Of a DNA stretch of 50,015 nt, positions 37,127-48,926 are shown piece by piece. Each line of letters opens with the position of its first letter. Position 1 is the first letter of the stretch. A model generated the notes under the pieces. It had not been told where the DNA came from and made no database searches. It saw nothing but the letters and a program-made list of their open reading frames with translations. A program made the translations under genes and the position numbers. This DNA comes from Octopus bimaculoides (lineage: Eukaryota), in contig NC_068982.1 of the NCBI RefSeq assembly GCF_001194135.2, positions 160,388,984 to 160,438,998 of the forward strand. Direction: 5' to 3'.

Positions 37127-37127
<1 letters not shown>
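36540..37127 (-). mobile_element. R4/Dong-type LINE internal fragment (different subfamily)
   Basis: EELKQRLKAKTHTLKRYEQRIEQYRLNRHFEQNQKRVYQEL...IWSQEKQH...[22 protein letters not shown], the pre-RT region typical of the R4 clade. Confidence 0.85.

Positions 37128-37187
<60 letters not shown>
37128..37187. repeat. (ATT)n microsatellite at the 3' flank/tail of a Dong-like element
   Basis: Perfect run. Confidence 0.98.
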
Positions 37188-38538
37188 GTTCAGTAGTTTT
37201 ATTTTTATAACGTGCTTTCACTTCACTATCGAGCGCAGCTCTGTGCGCCTTGGGTATGTGCTGTGGTTTGCTGTGGTGTTCTTATGGTTACTGTATTGAA
37301 AGTGTTTTGCGTAGGATGTGTGCAGTGCCCAGTAGTGCAATTTTCTGTATGTTATACATATTTGTAAGCCCTGGTGTTTTTGTTATGTATTTGTCTGAAT
37401 ATTTTTTTATTATACCTAAGGCGCCTACTATAATCCAGGTTTATGCTATTTATTATTGATGNNNNNNNNNNNNNNNNNNNNNNNNNNNNNNNNNNNNNNN
37501 NNNNNNNNNNNNNNNNNNNNNNNNNNNNNNNNNNNNNNNNNNNNNNNNNNNNNNNNNNNNNNNNNNNNNNNNNNNNNNNNNNNNNNNNNNNNNNNNNNNN
37601 NNNNNNNNNNNNNNNNNNNNNNNNNNNNNNNNNNNNNNNNNNNNNNNNNNNNNNNNNNNNNNNNNNNNNNNNNNNNNNNNNNNNNNNNNNNNNNNNNNNN
37701 NNNNNNNNNNNNNNNNNNNNNNNNNNNNNNNNNNNNNNNNNNNNNNNNNNNNNNNNNNNNNNNNNNNNNNNNNNNNNNNNNNNNNNNNNNNNNNNNNNNN
37801 NNNNNNNNNNNNNNNNNNNNNNNNNNNNNNNNNNNNNNNNNNNNNNNNNNNNNNNNNNNNNNNNNNNNNNNNNNNNNNNNNNNNNNNNNNNNNNNNNNNN
37901 NNNNNNNNNNNNNNNTCATCGAGGTCTTTATTTACATTATTTTTCTTCCATATTTTATATGTATGTGTTGTTGCGTTTTCGTTTTTTGGGTAGAGCACTG
38001 CTGTGAAATAAGCGTGTAGGATCGAAATGTATTCCTCACGTGTCCATTTATGCCGTTTTGGTTTTATTTGCGGGACATGAGGAACAACATCCGGCCCTTT
38101 ATTTTGACGGTCATCGTTTTCGTAGGGTACCAGATCGTTCATTTCTGTTGTCAGATTGTTTTGCACGTTCAGATCTTCGTATTTTTTGCGTAAGCTTACA
38201 GTACGCACTTCTCGGTTTTTATTCTTGGGTGGAATAATACCGGTGTTATTTAATCTGTTTGTGATTTTTTTGTACATGGTGTTTGGGTTTTGAGGTCTGA
38301 TTTTGATGTAACACGTGTCTTTACGATCGCTGTGCGGGTAGTGGAGGTATCAAGTTAAAATACATCATTATATTTGGAAAAATAGAAATAAATTTCAATG
38401 AGTATTACTTACTCGGATATAGTCCAACCCTTTGTCAGCTATTTTTTGGCTCCATGCGATGTCTTTATTTCCGATGTTTTTGGATAAATTCCGTAGCAGT
38501 GATTTATCGTTCTCACATGTTAAACATCCCCGGTGTAG
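37188..38538 (-). mobile_element. R4/Dong-type LINE with both ends present and its middle in an assembly gap (37462-37915)
   Basis: 5' part: MYKKITNRL...KRHKWTREEYISILHAYF. 3' part: IIVGALGIIKKYSDKY...QKIALLGTAHILRKTLSIQ* plus 3' UTR. TAA-type microsatellite lies on both sides. The 5' UTR boundary at 38538 is inferred. Confidence 0.82.
37462..37915. other. Assembly gap (N run), probably under-sized
   Basis: It separates the N- and C-terminal ends of one LINE ORF, which would need kilobases of sequence in between. Confidence 0.9.
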
Positions 38539-38549
38539 TATTATTATAA

Positions 38550-38611
<62 letters not shown>

Positions 38612-38616
38612 TTAGC

Positions 38617-38686
<70 letters not shown>
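38539..38686. repeat. (ATT)n-(AGT)n compound microsatellite
   Basis: Read directly from the sequence. Confidence 0.98.
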
Positions 38687-39678
38687 TTGCACAGTAAAAA
38701 GAGCGCGAAGCAATATGCAATACAACACTTGTTGACTGTTCTTGTTGAATTGCACAATATTTCGAACGTCTCTCTTTAGATTCAAAATGGAAAATGTAAA
38801 GAAAAGCAGAAATTTAAAATTTCAACTGGAATATCCTGCAATCCGTTCTAGACCAAAGAAAAAGAAAAAAAAACTAATGTCATCAAGTTTCACTTGTTCG
38901 TATCTAGTTAAAGCAGGGGGGGGGGGCAAGAAGGAAATAAAAAGGAAACGCATGATATGCCTTAAGCATAACGTTTTGTATAGATCTGATGGAATTCTCA
39001 TACTATTTGTCCAGGGCTTTACCTAGTATGCTCCCTGACGTCATGCCTATACCCGTTAAATCAAATTATGTTTGGTACATTCAGCTGCGTACAACAAATT
39101 GTTGCAATTCTCACTTTCTGTATAAATTATTATAATTCTGTTATAATTTGTGATGGAATTCACCTGCTATACTTAGTTTCCAACTCTTTTAGGTGTACAA
39201 CGTTCAAAGTCCCAATGCGGTTTTGATTACAACAATAGTTCCACATATATTTTTGTCATGTCTAAAAGTTACAATAGGTAGAGAGAATATATTTCTTTAA
39301 AAGGAGGATATTTATCTGAAATATGTTAGTAAATTTCAAGCAAAGCTTTTGAAGTGCAAATGGAATTTCGGTGCCAGTTAAGATGAAGGATAGTGAAGTT
39401 AGAGTAAGCGGTGCTTCCACCTAGCAAATTTGGTGACTGGTGGATAAAAGTGCCGTGTACAGTCCGAGTAAATGAGCCTACTCAAACCATGCACTTGTAG
39501 ATTGAAGGGGAACAATAGAGAGAAGACTTTTGCCTAAGTCGTCGGGAGAATTTTGTGCAGTTTGAAATAGTAATCCTCGCACGTCGCTCACAATCAGTAA
39601 TTATTCTTGTTTCATGTAATTTCAGTATTGCGTTGTGCGGTCCTTATTCGTTTTTGAAAACCCTTAGTGGTTAAGAAA

Positions 39679-39689
39679 TCATCATCATA

Positions 39690-39766
<77 letters not shown>
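39679..39766. repeat. (CAT)n microsatellite
   Basis: Read directly from the sequence. Confidence 0.98.
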
Positions 39767-40442
39767 ACCGTTAGTATATCTAATTATTTTAAACATGTAT
39801 ACTGAAGATAACACAAAAGAGAGATAGTGGATAATAACATCATTGCATCTCAGCCATAGCTAAAGCAACATTGAAATAATTAAGAAGGAATGCATGCTTC
39901 ATGTTACTTTTTTCGGTTTAATAAGTATAACATATTTATTTAGATATATTATAGGAAAATAGTGATCACAAAAGCCATTTTGCCGTACAGATTTTACAGG
40001 AACTGGATAGTTATCCTGCTGAAGTTAAATCATTAGAAATGCTTCAAAATGAAATTTCGCTGGAGCATGAAGGTAACTCATCAATTTCATTTTTGATATG
40101 GATTTCACAAACTGTAATTGCAGCATATTGCTGAATGGATTTATTTATGCGAATAAAGACGGGCAGAAGAATATATAAAACAAGAAAATTCAGAATCAAA
40201 AGAAATAGTTGCAGCTAAACGCTTCAGTGCATATAACGGAACATATAATGTGTGTTGCATGATTACGTTGACTTGGTTAAACCTCGGTTGTATGATTGAA
40301 ATATTTGTTTCTTTATTTAAATGTTTATTTAATCTGATATTCGACGAATGGAACATAGGAATTGTTTATTCTAACACTCTTTTATAATGTGGATCTACTT
40401 TTACGTACTTTCCCTTAGAATCTCTATTCTACTCAAATATCA

Positions 40443-40445
<3 letters not shown>

Positions 40446-40503
<58 letters not shown>
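40446..40503. repeat. (CT)n microsatellite
   Basis: Read directly from the sequence. Confidence 0.98.
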
Positions 40504-40506
<3 letters not shown>

Positions 40507-43208
40507 AAATCTTTCTACATAACATGTATACACCCTACCCACCCCAAACCCACACACGCATCTTTGTGCATGTGTGTGTCTGTGTTTGTGTCTGTATATG
40601 TATATCTATTATATACACTTACATATACATACATGCATACATACTAGGGGGAACAAGCTAGCGTCAAGGCAAATTTTAGCATGATATGCGTCTGTGTGTA
40701 GGATGTAGGAACTACTGCTCACTCTTAAGATGAGTATTACATTTATTTTATCAATTGCCCAAACTACTTCTGATATCGTTCTATGCACCCGCGTAATCTA
40801 TACACTCATAACATTAATACTCAGATAGCATTAGCACGGCACTCAAACTCTCAATTGAAAAGCACATGTGCACAAACGTACATAATCACACATATCTATT
40901 CATATGTGTGTATGATATGTATACATTTGGATATGTATACTGGCATTAACGTCGACTCCAAACACTTATAAGTACGCCTGTTTGCAATTGTGAATGCAAA
41001 AGTGATTTGACTGGTTAAATCTGAAAGATTGGCATGTCGTTGTAAAAAACATAGTCTGGAGACAAGTGAACTGCTGTGAGGACATATTTCTGCTTCAAGA
41101 GCCTTTATCAGTTCAGTAGTTGGCCAAAGTGGATTACTGCGAATATACGTTTTCGATGTATGTAAACATAGATGTTAATATTTATACCCCGAAAGAATTT
41201 TGAATAAGTAAAACGAATACGAGGCAAGATAATTAATTCACAGTCATACCAATAGATTTGGACAAAGTGTAATAAATTTAAATTGAAAAAAGAAAAAAAT
41301 CAAATACATACAGGACAAGTTCTTGATTTATTGAAATCATATTCGCTTCTAAAGAAATGTGACTAAAACCTAGTAACGATTTCTAAAAACACAGAATATT
41401 AAAGATAGATCAGACTCCTCTTGAACTGGTATGAGAATAAAGTACTTGAAATCTAATTTTCAAGAAACGAAACGATAGATAAGGACATAAGAGCACTCAT
41501 ACAAATACAAACACACGTATTTATGAGTGTCTTTGTGCGATAGTGATTTCTTAATATCCGTAGGTAAAGTGCACCAGGGACCAGATAGTTTAATGTGCTC
41601 CATCGAATCTAAAATAATGTTGTTATCTGAGTTTACATAGTTGCTAAGAGTAGCAATTCAATCAAATACCTATAAGCTCTCACGTTGAGTTACCCAAGTC
41701 TTTATCCTAATAAGTGCATCCTCGCATTTCCGTATATGTCCGTACACGATATATATATTTTAATGTGTATTCGAATGTATCTATATAAATACTAGCAACA
41801 AAATTCATTCAATTACTTGAAAGACTGGTGGAAGTAATTCGCAGAGTTGACGATTTGCTAAGATATCGATATTATTTAATTGGTTCATTGATGAATTTAC
41901 TTCAATTCGCAAGAAATCAACAGGTCGCGCATATAAAATGCTATCGATTTTGAAATTTCTCAAACAGATTGATTAACAAATGGACCTCCAACGGTGAAAT
42001 AAACAGCACAGCTTGCTTCTCTATCTACAAACCACTCAAAGTTTCAATAAACGAAAAAGTTTCGTCTTTCTGATAATTTAAGTGGCTTTTAAGTAATCGC
42101 AGTAAAACTTGATTCGCCATTTGGTTTCATAACAACTAACATAGTGTAATCTGTTAATGTTATCATTTTTAGAATCGCCAGAGTATCATTGAGCAAGAAA
42201 GATTCCTTATATAAATGCTCGATTTAGTGTAGAATCAATGATATTATTAGATCATTGATTTGCAACTGTTTACACATTACATTCGCTATTGATATTTTAT
42301 CAAATAATATAATTTCAAAGAAAAATGAAAAATGTAATTAAAAGAACATCAGAAATATGACTCTATGATAATTTCAGTTACCAGTATCATAGATACAGGT
42401 ATGGCTGCGTGGTTAAAGTAAGAAGTTTGGTTCATAACTGCCCGTATTTCAATAGTTCGGCATCTATGCAAGCAAATTCTATTGGATTTGATACGTTTTC
42501 ACCCACCCATGAGGATAATAATTCTTGAAAACAGACAAACGGTGCAGTCTTTTCGTATCTTAGGAAATGCTATTGATTTTTACGTACATCATTGCCACAT
42601 AGAGCATCAGAATTCAGTGTGAACATTAATTTATAAGTTGTAAGTAAATAGTTAATAATTTAGGTATAAAAGTAATCCATTATCTGATTCCAAATAAATC
42701 GTAAAAACTAACTAAAAATCTGTAAGATGAAAGATTTTGTTTCTCATATATGTAGTCCCAGATAAGGTCTCAAACTGTTTAGCTACTTGTGCAAGATTTC
42801 TTCCGCAAAAGTATGCTTTCTAGAATGTAGTCGGTGAAACTCTATTACGCCCGTCCTATTCATCTATCTATGAGTTACATAAAAAAAGTATCAAGAAAAT
42901 ACTGGTGATGTTATATTCAAACTGAAGCTCTGCAATAACTGCAACTAATAGATAATAAGCTACTTAGTCATACATTTATAACACATCTGTCCCATGGAGA
43001 CTGTAAAGGTTAGCGCAGCTAGTTACATGAAATGCGTTGTTTCTTTGCGCGCCTTTAATTTCTAAGTTTGAACTATTATGAGAATAAATTTATTGTTTGT
43101 ATTTTGGATTCATAAAATTAAGAACCTGATTTGTTCTGAGTATACTCACTCTACTACATACTTCCTGCATAGATACGTAATTTAGCACAAATAACAGAAA
43201 TTAATATT

Positions 43209-43420
43209 GGTTTCACATTTTGGCACAAGGCCAGCAATTTTGGGAGAGGTGGCAAATCGATTGCATCGATCCCAGTGATGAACTGGTACATAAAGGATGG
43301 AAATCGAAGACGACCACAGCGGTATTTGAATCCAGAATGTAAAGACGGATGAAATGCCGCCAGGCATTTTGCCTGGCGTGCTCACTTTTCTGCTGACTAT
43401 TTTATCAGCTCAGCACCTTA
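43209..43420 (-). mobile_element. SINE family 1, diverged copy with internal deletion
   Basis: GGCACAAGGCCAGCAATTTT...ATCGATTGCATCGATCCCAGT...TTTGAATCCAGAATGTAAAGACGGATGAAATGCCG is colinear with 15137-15351. Confidence 0.82.
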
Positions 43421-43486
43421 AACAAATTCTGTCAGCTAACTCTCCTTCAGGTCGGCACCTTAAACAGAAATTGATATTATCACATC

Positions 43487-43610
43487 ATAATTCTGCCGAG
43501 GTCAATTTTGCCATCCATACTTTCGGGATTGATTACTGGGGTCAATGTAAACGACTTAGCCGCTTCCTCCAAACTCCTGGCCTTGTAACAAAATTTGAAA
43601 CCAATATTAT
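43487..43610 (+). mobile_element. SINE family 1, 3' portion, inverted relative to 43209-43420
   Basis: TTCTGCCGAGGTCAATTTTGCC.TCCATACTTTCGGG..ACTGGGGTCAATGTAAACGACT..GGCCTTGT.ACAAAATTTGAAACCAATATTAT. Confidence 0.82.
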
Positions 43611-44409
43611 CAAAAAACATATTCGCATTATTGGTAGTGACAATGAATTGCCTTATTCCAGTATGCAAAAATCATGTTATTTCATGTAATTGTTTATACC
43701 CTACAACAGGTCAGTCGTGACAATTTGTTTTCGATAAGCTTGCTCGATTTTTCTATATATCTTTCTCATTTACTTATTTTTAAAAAGTATGTTGATATAC
43801 TTCTATTTGCTATTATTTTTAATGTCCTAATGCTTTTCATAGCTTAATACACTCTTTGATACTAGTACTCTTGCACATTATTCTAGATTTATATTGATTG
43901 TCGTTGATTAAACATTGCTGAATGTTGTTTGGTATTTTAAGCAAAATTATATTCTCTCTGTTAGTTTAGACTAACTTCAAAATTTATACACTGGAACAAC
44001 AGCGCATGTGTCATTTACGTGTCCAAAGATAAAAGATAAAAAGTTACATATGCATCCAAATTTAAATTATATAATTACAAGTGTCGATTGAAGTACCACT
44101 CTAAGTAAAAAGGTTAAATTTCCAAAAAAAAAACGCATAAAAATATTAGTGTCAAGAGATACGTAGAGAATTTGTGATGTACCTGTTGGATAGGACGAGG
44201 TAGGAGTGGCATGAGAACAACGAAGTATCATACAAACGAAAAGAAGTATATCTAAAACACCTGATTAGTACTCAAATTGAGTGTGCGTCATGCAGTATAC
44301 AAAAATGTGAATGGATACGAGATACATTTATAGAAAAATACTTAATAATTGATTAAATACGTACTCAATCCCACACACCAATTGTAAGTGTCCAATGTAA
44401 CTAGGGGAT

Positions 44410-45310
44410 AAATATCCCGATAAAAACGTGTGCAATATTACTATTTATAAATAAATATTCCAAACACGAACAGAAACCTTTAAAAAATCGTGTGATTCAA
44501 TATAGGCTCATACGCCAAGAATGGCCAATTGTTGATCAAGAGATCCATCAGCGATGACTGGATGTAGACAATAATAATTCTGTGCATCGTATTGATTGAG
44601 TATCAAAAGGCTTTTGACAGTCTTTCTCTCAGGTGGATCGTGAAAACACTCGCAGCATTAATATAGGATACATGACACAATTTATAAGTAACAAGTTTAC
44701 TGATATAGGCAAAATTATGTATTATAAAAAGGAAATAATTCTCAACTAGAAAAGAAATACTCGAAAGTTATTCCTTCTTTCCATTCCCATATTTTCTTAA
44801 ACATGACTGAACTTGTATACAAATGATATGTTAATATAGTTAAGCACGTGTTGTGTACTGCTGGACTCGCATAGTGTTCTGGAAATAGATATTATAGCCA
44901 TTCACCAGAAAAAAAGGGATATGGAATTCGAATTAGGATTATGTACCAAAAAAACATTAAACAGAGGAATGTTAATTCAGCACACAACCATCATATAATA
45001 CAAAATACAAACAACGTGATATATGTGCAAATATAGACATACAAATACTTAAAAATCAACGAACGGCTCTGTGCAAACACAGATATAATATTGAAAGAAA
45101 TACATAACGATAGATATTATAAGTATGAGACAATATTACTTAAAGCAGAGCCAAATAAAAAGAAATAAATTGAGATACACCAATACAGACGCTGCTCTAC
45201 AAATTAGTCCTAATAATAATAGTTTCAGCTGGATGATAAAGCGACAACGAAGGTTTGATAGAAATATAAGTACAATAATTGGATTTACAACTCTAAATTG
45301 TGATATAGAT
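44410..45310 (+). mobile_element. Old, internally deleted R4/Dong-type RT fragment
   Basis: GSYAKNGQLLI, LCIVLIEYQKAFDSLSLRWIVKTL (RT subdomain 3), DMEFELGLCTKKTLNRGMLI and TYKYL. Heavily degenerate. Confidence 0.7.
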
Positions 45311-45369
45311 ACATCATTTACGAATTCTGTGAGTAGCGAGTGTAAACAGCTGAAAAATCATTGTAACAT

Positions 45370-46980
45370 TTTCACAGTAGGATTGCAAAAGTATCGATAA
45401 ATGAATTATGAAAGTTTGTTCCGTTTCGAAGCACGGCGACGGATATAAAAAATAGTGGATGAAATGAAAGATAATTATGAAGAAAATAGAGACATCAGAA
45501 AAATTGTGTGAAAAGCTGTAAGTCAAATGGTCTACTGAATGCCGTGATAAATTTGTGCCACAAGAAACCCTTCACGGCCAATACTTGAATAGACTGACCA
45601 TGGGAGAAATCGGGAAATTCAACAGAGTTAGGGAAACAGTAGATCGAAGTAAGATACCAGTCAAATATGAAAGAGAGTGAGAATTTGGAAAAGCATATGG
45701 AGTGATAGAAAGGAATTTAATAAGGAAGCTGAATGGGCAAGGAGAGAAGAACAAAAATGGTTGAGATTGAAGAACAAAGATGGAATGTTATTACAATGTA
45801 GAAACTATATCAAAGCTCTATATAAAATTCATAAGTGGAAGTCTCCTGTACCTGATAAAATCACAGACTTCTGGTTTATCAGCATCTCATCATTCTACCG
45901 TCATTTAATGGTATGTTTCTCTAATATCATCAGAAACCCCGAAATAACAGTAAGCTGGATAACAGTAAGGATAACACACCTCTTCCCTTGAACGCGCTAT
46001 TCAAGAAATCAAAAAAATTACTGGCCAGTCACTTGTTTGACCACCATGAGTAAAACAATTACATCCATACTAACCTAAAGGATATACTAATTTCTCGAGG
46101 AAAACAACTTCCTTCCCCTTGAACAAAAAGGATGCAAAAGAAATTCATACGGCTGCAATGAACAACTATTAATAAATTGCATAATGCTCGAAAATTGCTC
46201 GGCCAGAAAACGAAATCTTAGCACAGCATGGATTTGACAGCATCACACGAAGATGGATTTTAAAGACACTAAATACATACAAGATTTCTCCTTTCGTAAA
46301 AGGTTTTCTACATCACAGTATGTGACTGTGGAACACAAAATTGTTTCTGAGCCACGAGAAAGGCTTGTATTGACCAGAGAACATCGAAATACAACATGGA
46401 ATATTCCCGGGTGATTCACTCACCCATTTCCTCTTCTTTCTTTCCATCATTCACTTATCCCACGAGATGAATAGAACAATTTACGGTTACAAAATGTTTG
46501 ACAAGATCATCTCACACTTGCTCTACATGCCTGATCTGAAATTATATGCAAAAGATGACAAGGATCTGAAAGGGTTATTAGTAAATGTGAAAAAAAATCA
46601 GCGATGACAGAAATATGGAATTTGGCCTTGAAAAGTGAGCAAAAGCTTCGTTCAAACATGATAAACTGACAGCCAATAACACGGCCCAACTTGTACATGT
46701 TTCACCTATCAAGGACCTGGATCAAGGAGGTCTTTAAACGTATATTGGTTTACACGAAGAGAAAGGGATTCAACACGGATTAATGAAAGAGATCACGAAA
46801 TAGATGTGTCAGAATGATTCTGAATAAAATTGCAGCTCTAAAATCCCCGGCTGTACCTCTTGTCCTGTGTATCCTTAATGTCATAAATTGGAACCTGAGT
46901 GATCTACAGCGTATGGACATACAGATCAGGAAACTGATGACACTAAACAGTATGCAGCATCCCAAATCAGACGACTACAA
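45370..46980 (+). mobile_element. R4/Dong-type LINE fragment (pre-RT region through RT thumb)
   Basis: IWKSIWSDRKEFNKEAEW, HKWKSPVPDKITDFWF, NYWPVTCLTTM, FLPLEQKGCKRNSYGCNEQLLIN, ISHLLYMPDLKLYAKDDKDL (YMDD equivalent), MEFGLEK, MDIQIRKLMT..MQHPKSD. Confidence 0.88.
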
Positions 46981-46984
46981 GCTA

Positions 46985-47465
46985 CAGATACACTTGGAGC
47001 AGTGACTGATGAACATTGTGAAAGATTTCACCAGGATATTAGAGCTATGGAGAAACGGTACCAAGGCTTCTAGAATGATAGGATGCTGGCTGACTACTGC
47101 TGGACTCTTTAACGTGATCAACCAGATCAAGAACACCGCAGGAAATCCAAAACACAACAATAACTCTGTTGTCTATTTTGCCTGACCCATTTTTTGTGTA
47201 TTCACTCTATGTAGAATGATATTGATGATTTTGAACTCAATAAACTCATTTACTTTCTAAAAAGATTATTACATTTATTATTTATTTATTACATTAATGA
47301 TCTTATATATACAAATATGTGAAAATGTGCATGTATCTACTGAAAAAAAACGATACGTGCTGTATACAAATGGAAAAAAAGTTTGAAATCAGCATAAAAA
47401 ATTAGTCAAAAAAGTTTGTTTTGCATTCGTAACGAGTATAATACATTTAATTTTGTTGACCAGTG
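46985..47465 (+). mobile_element. 3' end of a second Chapaev3-type transposon
   Basis: LGAVTDEHCERFHQDIRAMEKRYQGF*NDRMLADYCWTL*RD. It ends in TTTTGTTGACCAGTG (47451-47465), whose reverse complement CACTGGTCAACAAAA matches the 5019 TIR at 14/15 positions. Confidence 0.85.
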
Positions 47466-48224
47466 TATACGTGTTGTTATGTGTTTGTACGGTATCAATA
47501 TAGAACCTTTGATCTGAGTAAAAGTAGAAATTTATATGGACAAAAACAATAAATAGATTCCATAAAGAGAAACATTCTCTCAAATATAATATAATGTTAC
47601 TCATCTGCTTTAAATTTCGAAGGAAATATTTCTCTCTGGAGATATCAACTACAGGATGGTTACAATTTAAATATATTATATTCCATATATTAATCATAAA
47701 CAGGGAGTGCTCTCGCTGAAAGGATATTGCACCAGATATTCGTCAAATTATTAATCTTAAAGAATAAAAATTAGCATGCTGTCGCTCAGTAAAGAGTAGC
47801 TTCTAGCCATATTTGTTACCTGTTATTATACATTTAATGTGCTAATGAAATTAATGCACAATACGTACGCACTCATTCACACATACACATATATTGCCAC
47901 CTGTGTATGATATTACGTGTATATACAGGGTCTAATAGCATTATGCTGTACTTTTGGTATGAAAGACTTTCTTCGTAGAGATGTTGCATTAAAAAAAATA
48001 CCAAATATATGAGTCGAAGCAAACATTTTCACAGCAGTGAAACACGAGATCGACAGCCGCATTTTGTTCCCCTTGGATATTGTCAACGCTGTGTATGCAT
48101 TTGGAAGACGAAAGCCGCACTTCGATATATCGTAAAACGTGAACAGTGGTATTGCGGAGAACTTACCAGAGTACAACTTTGCACTACATTCATTAATGAG
48201 ACTCTGATTCAGGACTTCCTGGCT

Positions 48225-48443
48225 TTATGGAGCGTGAAACCCCAATGGGGTGTGCGCACAGGTGCCAAGCTATATCGGCCTTTGCCTTTCCCTTGGTTAA
48301 CATTGGTGGCATGGAGCGGGGAGGCCAGTATGCATGGGCGACAGCTGGTTTTCCATAAACATCCTTGCCCGGACATGTGCCCGAGAGGATAATTTCTTTC
48401 TAGGTGCAATCCCATGGTCAGTCATGACCGAAGGGGGGGTCTC
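48225..48443 (+). mobile_element. Probable SINE body (third family), ending at a (GATA)n tract
   Basis: GC-rich island in AT-rich context (GCGCACAGGTGCCAAGC...TTTCTAGGTGCAATCCCATGGTCA.TCATGACCGAAGGGGG.TCT). I recall it as a cephalopod interspersed repeat. Only one copy is in the window. Confidence 0.45.
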
Positions 48444-48447
48444 AGTA

Positions 48448-48458
48448 TAGATAGATAA

Positions 48459-48526
<68 letters not shown>
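48448..48526. repeat. (GATA)n microsatellite
   Basis: Read directly from the sequence. Confidence 0.98.
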
Positions 48527-48527
<1 letters not shown>

Positions 48528-48850
48528 AAGTTGACATTTACAGTAAAGCAAACGACGAAGACAGTTCTATAAACAACATGGAAGTCTATTTGTTTGATGG
48601 TCGGGAATGTGAGAAGGTCTTTTACGTTTCCAGCCAACGCTTTTCAAAACAAAGGAACACGATAAAATAAACAGAAAGAAAATAAAAAAAAACTTTTGGA
48701 GTTAGCGGTCAATCATGTGTGTGTATGTGTGTGTGTGAATGTGTGCATGCATATATATATACCACGTGGTTCAGTTCAGTTCCATTACGTGGCATCTTGT
48801 GTAAGCGTCTTGCCTCTAACGTTGTGAGCATATTTGATAGACACCAGTCG

Positions 48851-48925
<75 letters not shown>

Positions 48926-48926
48926 G

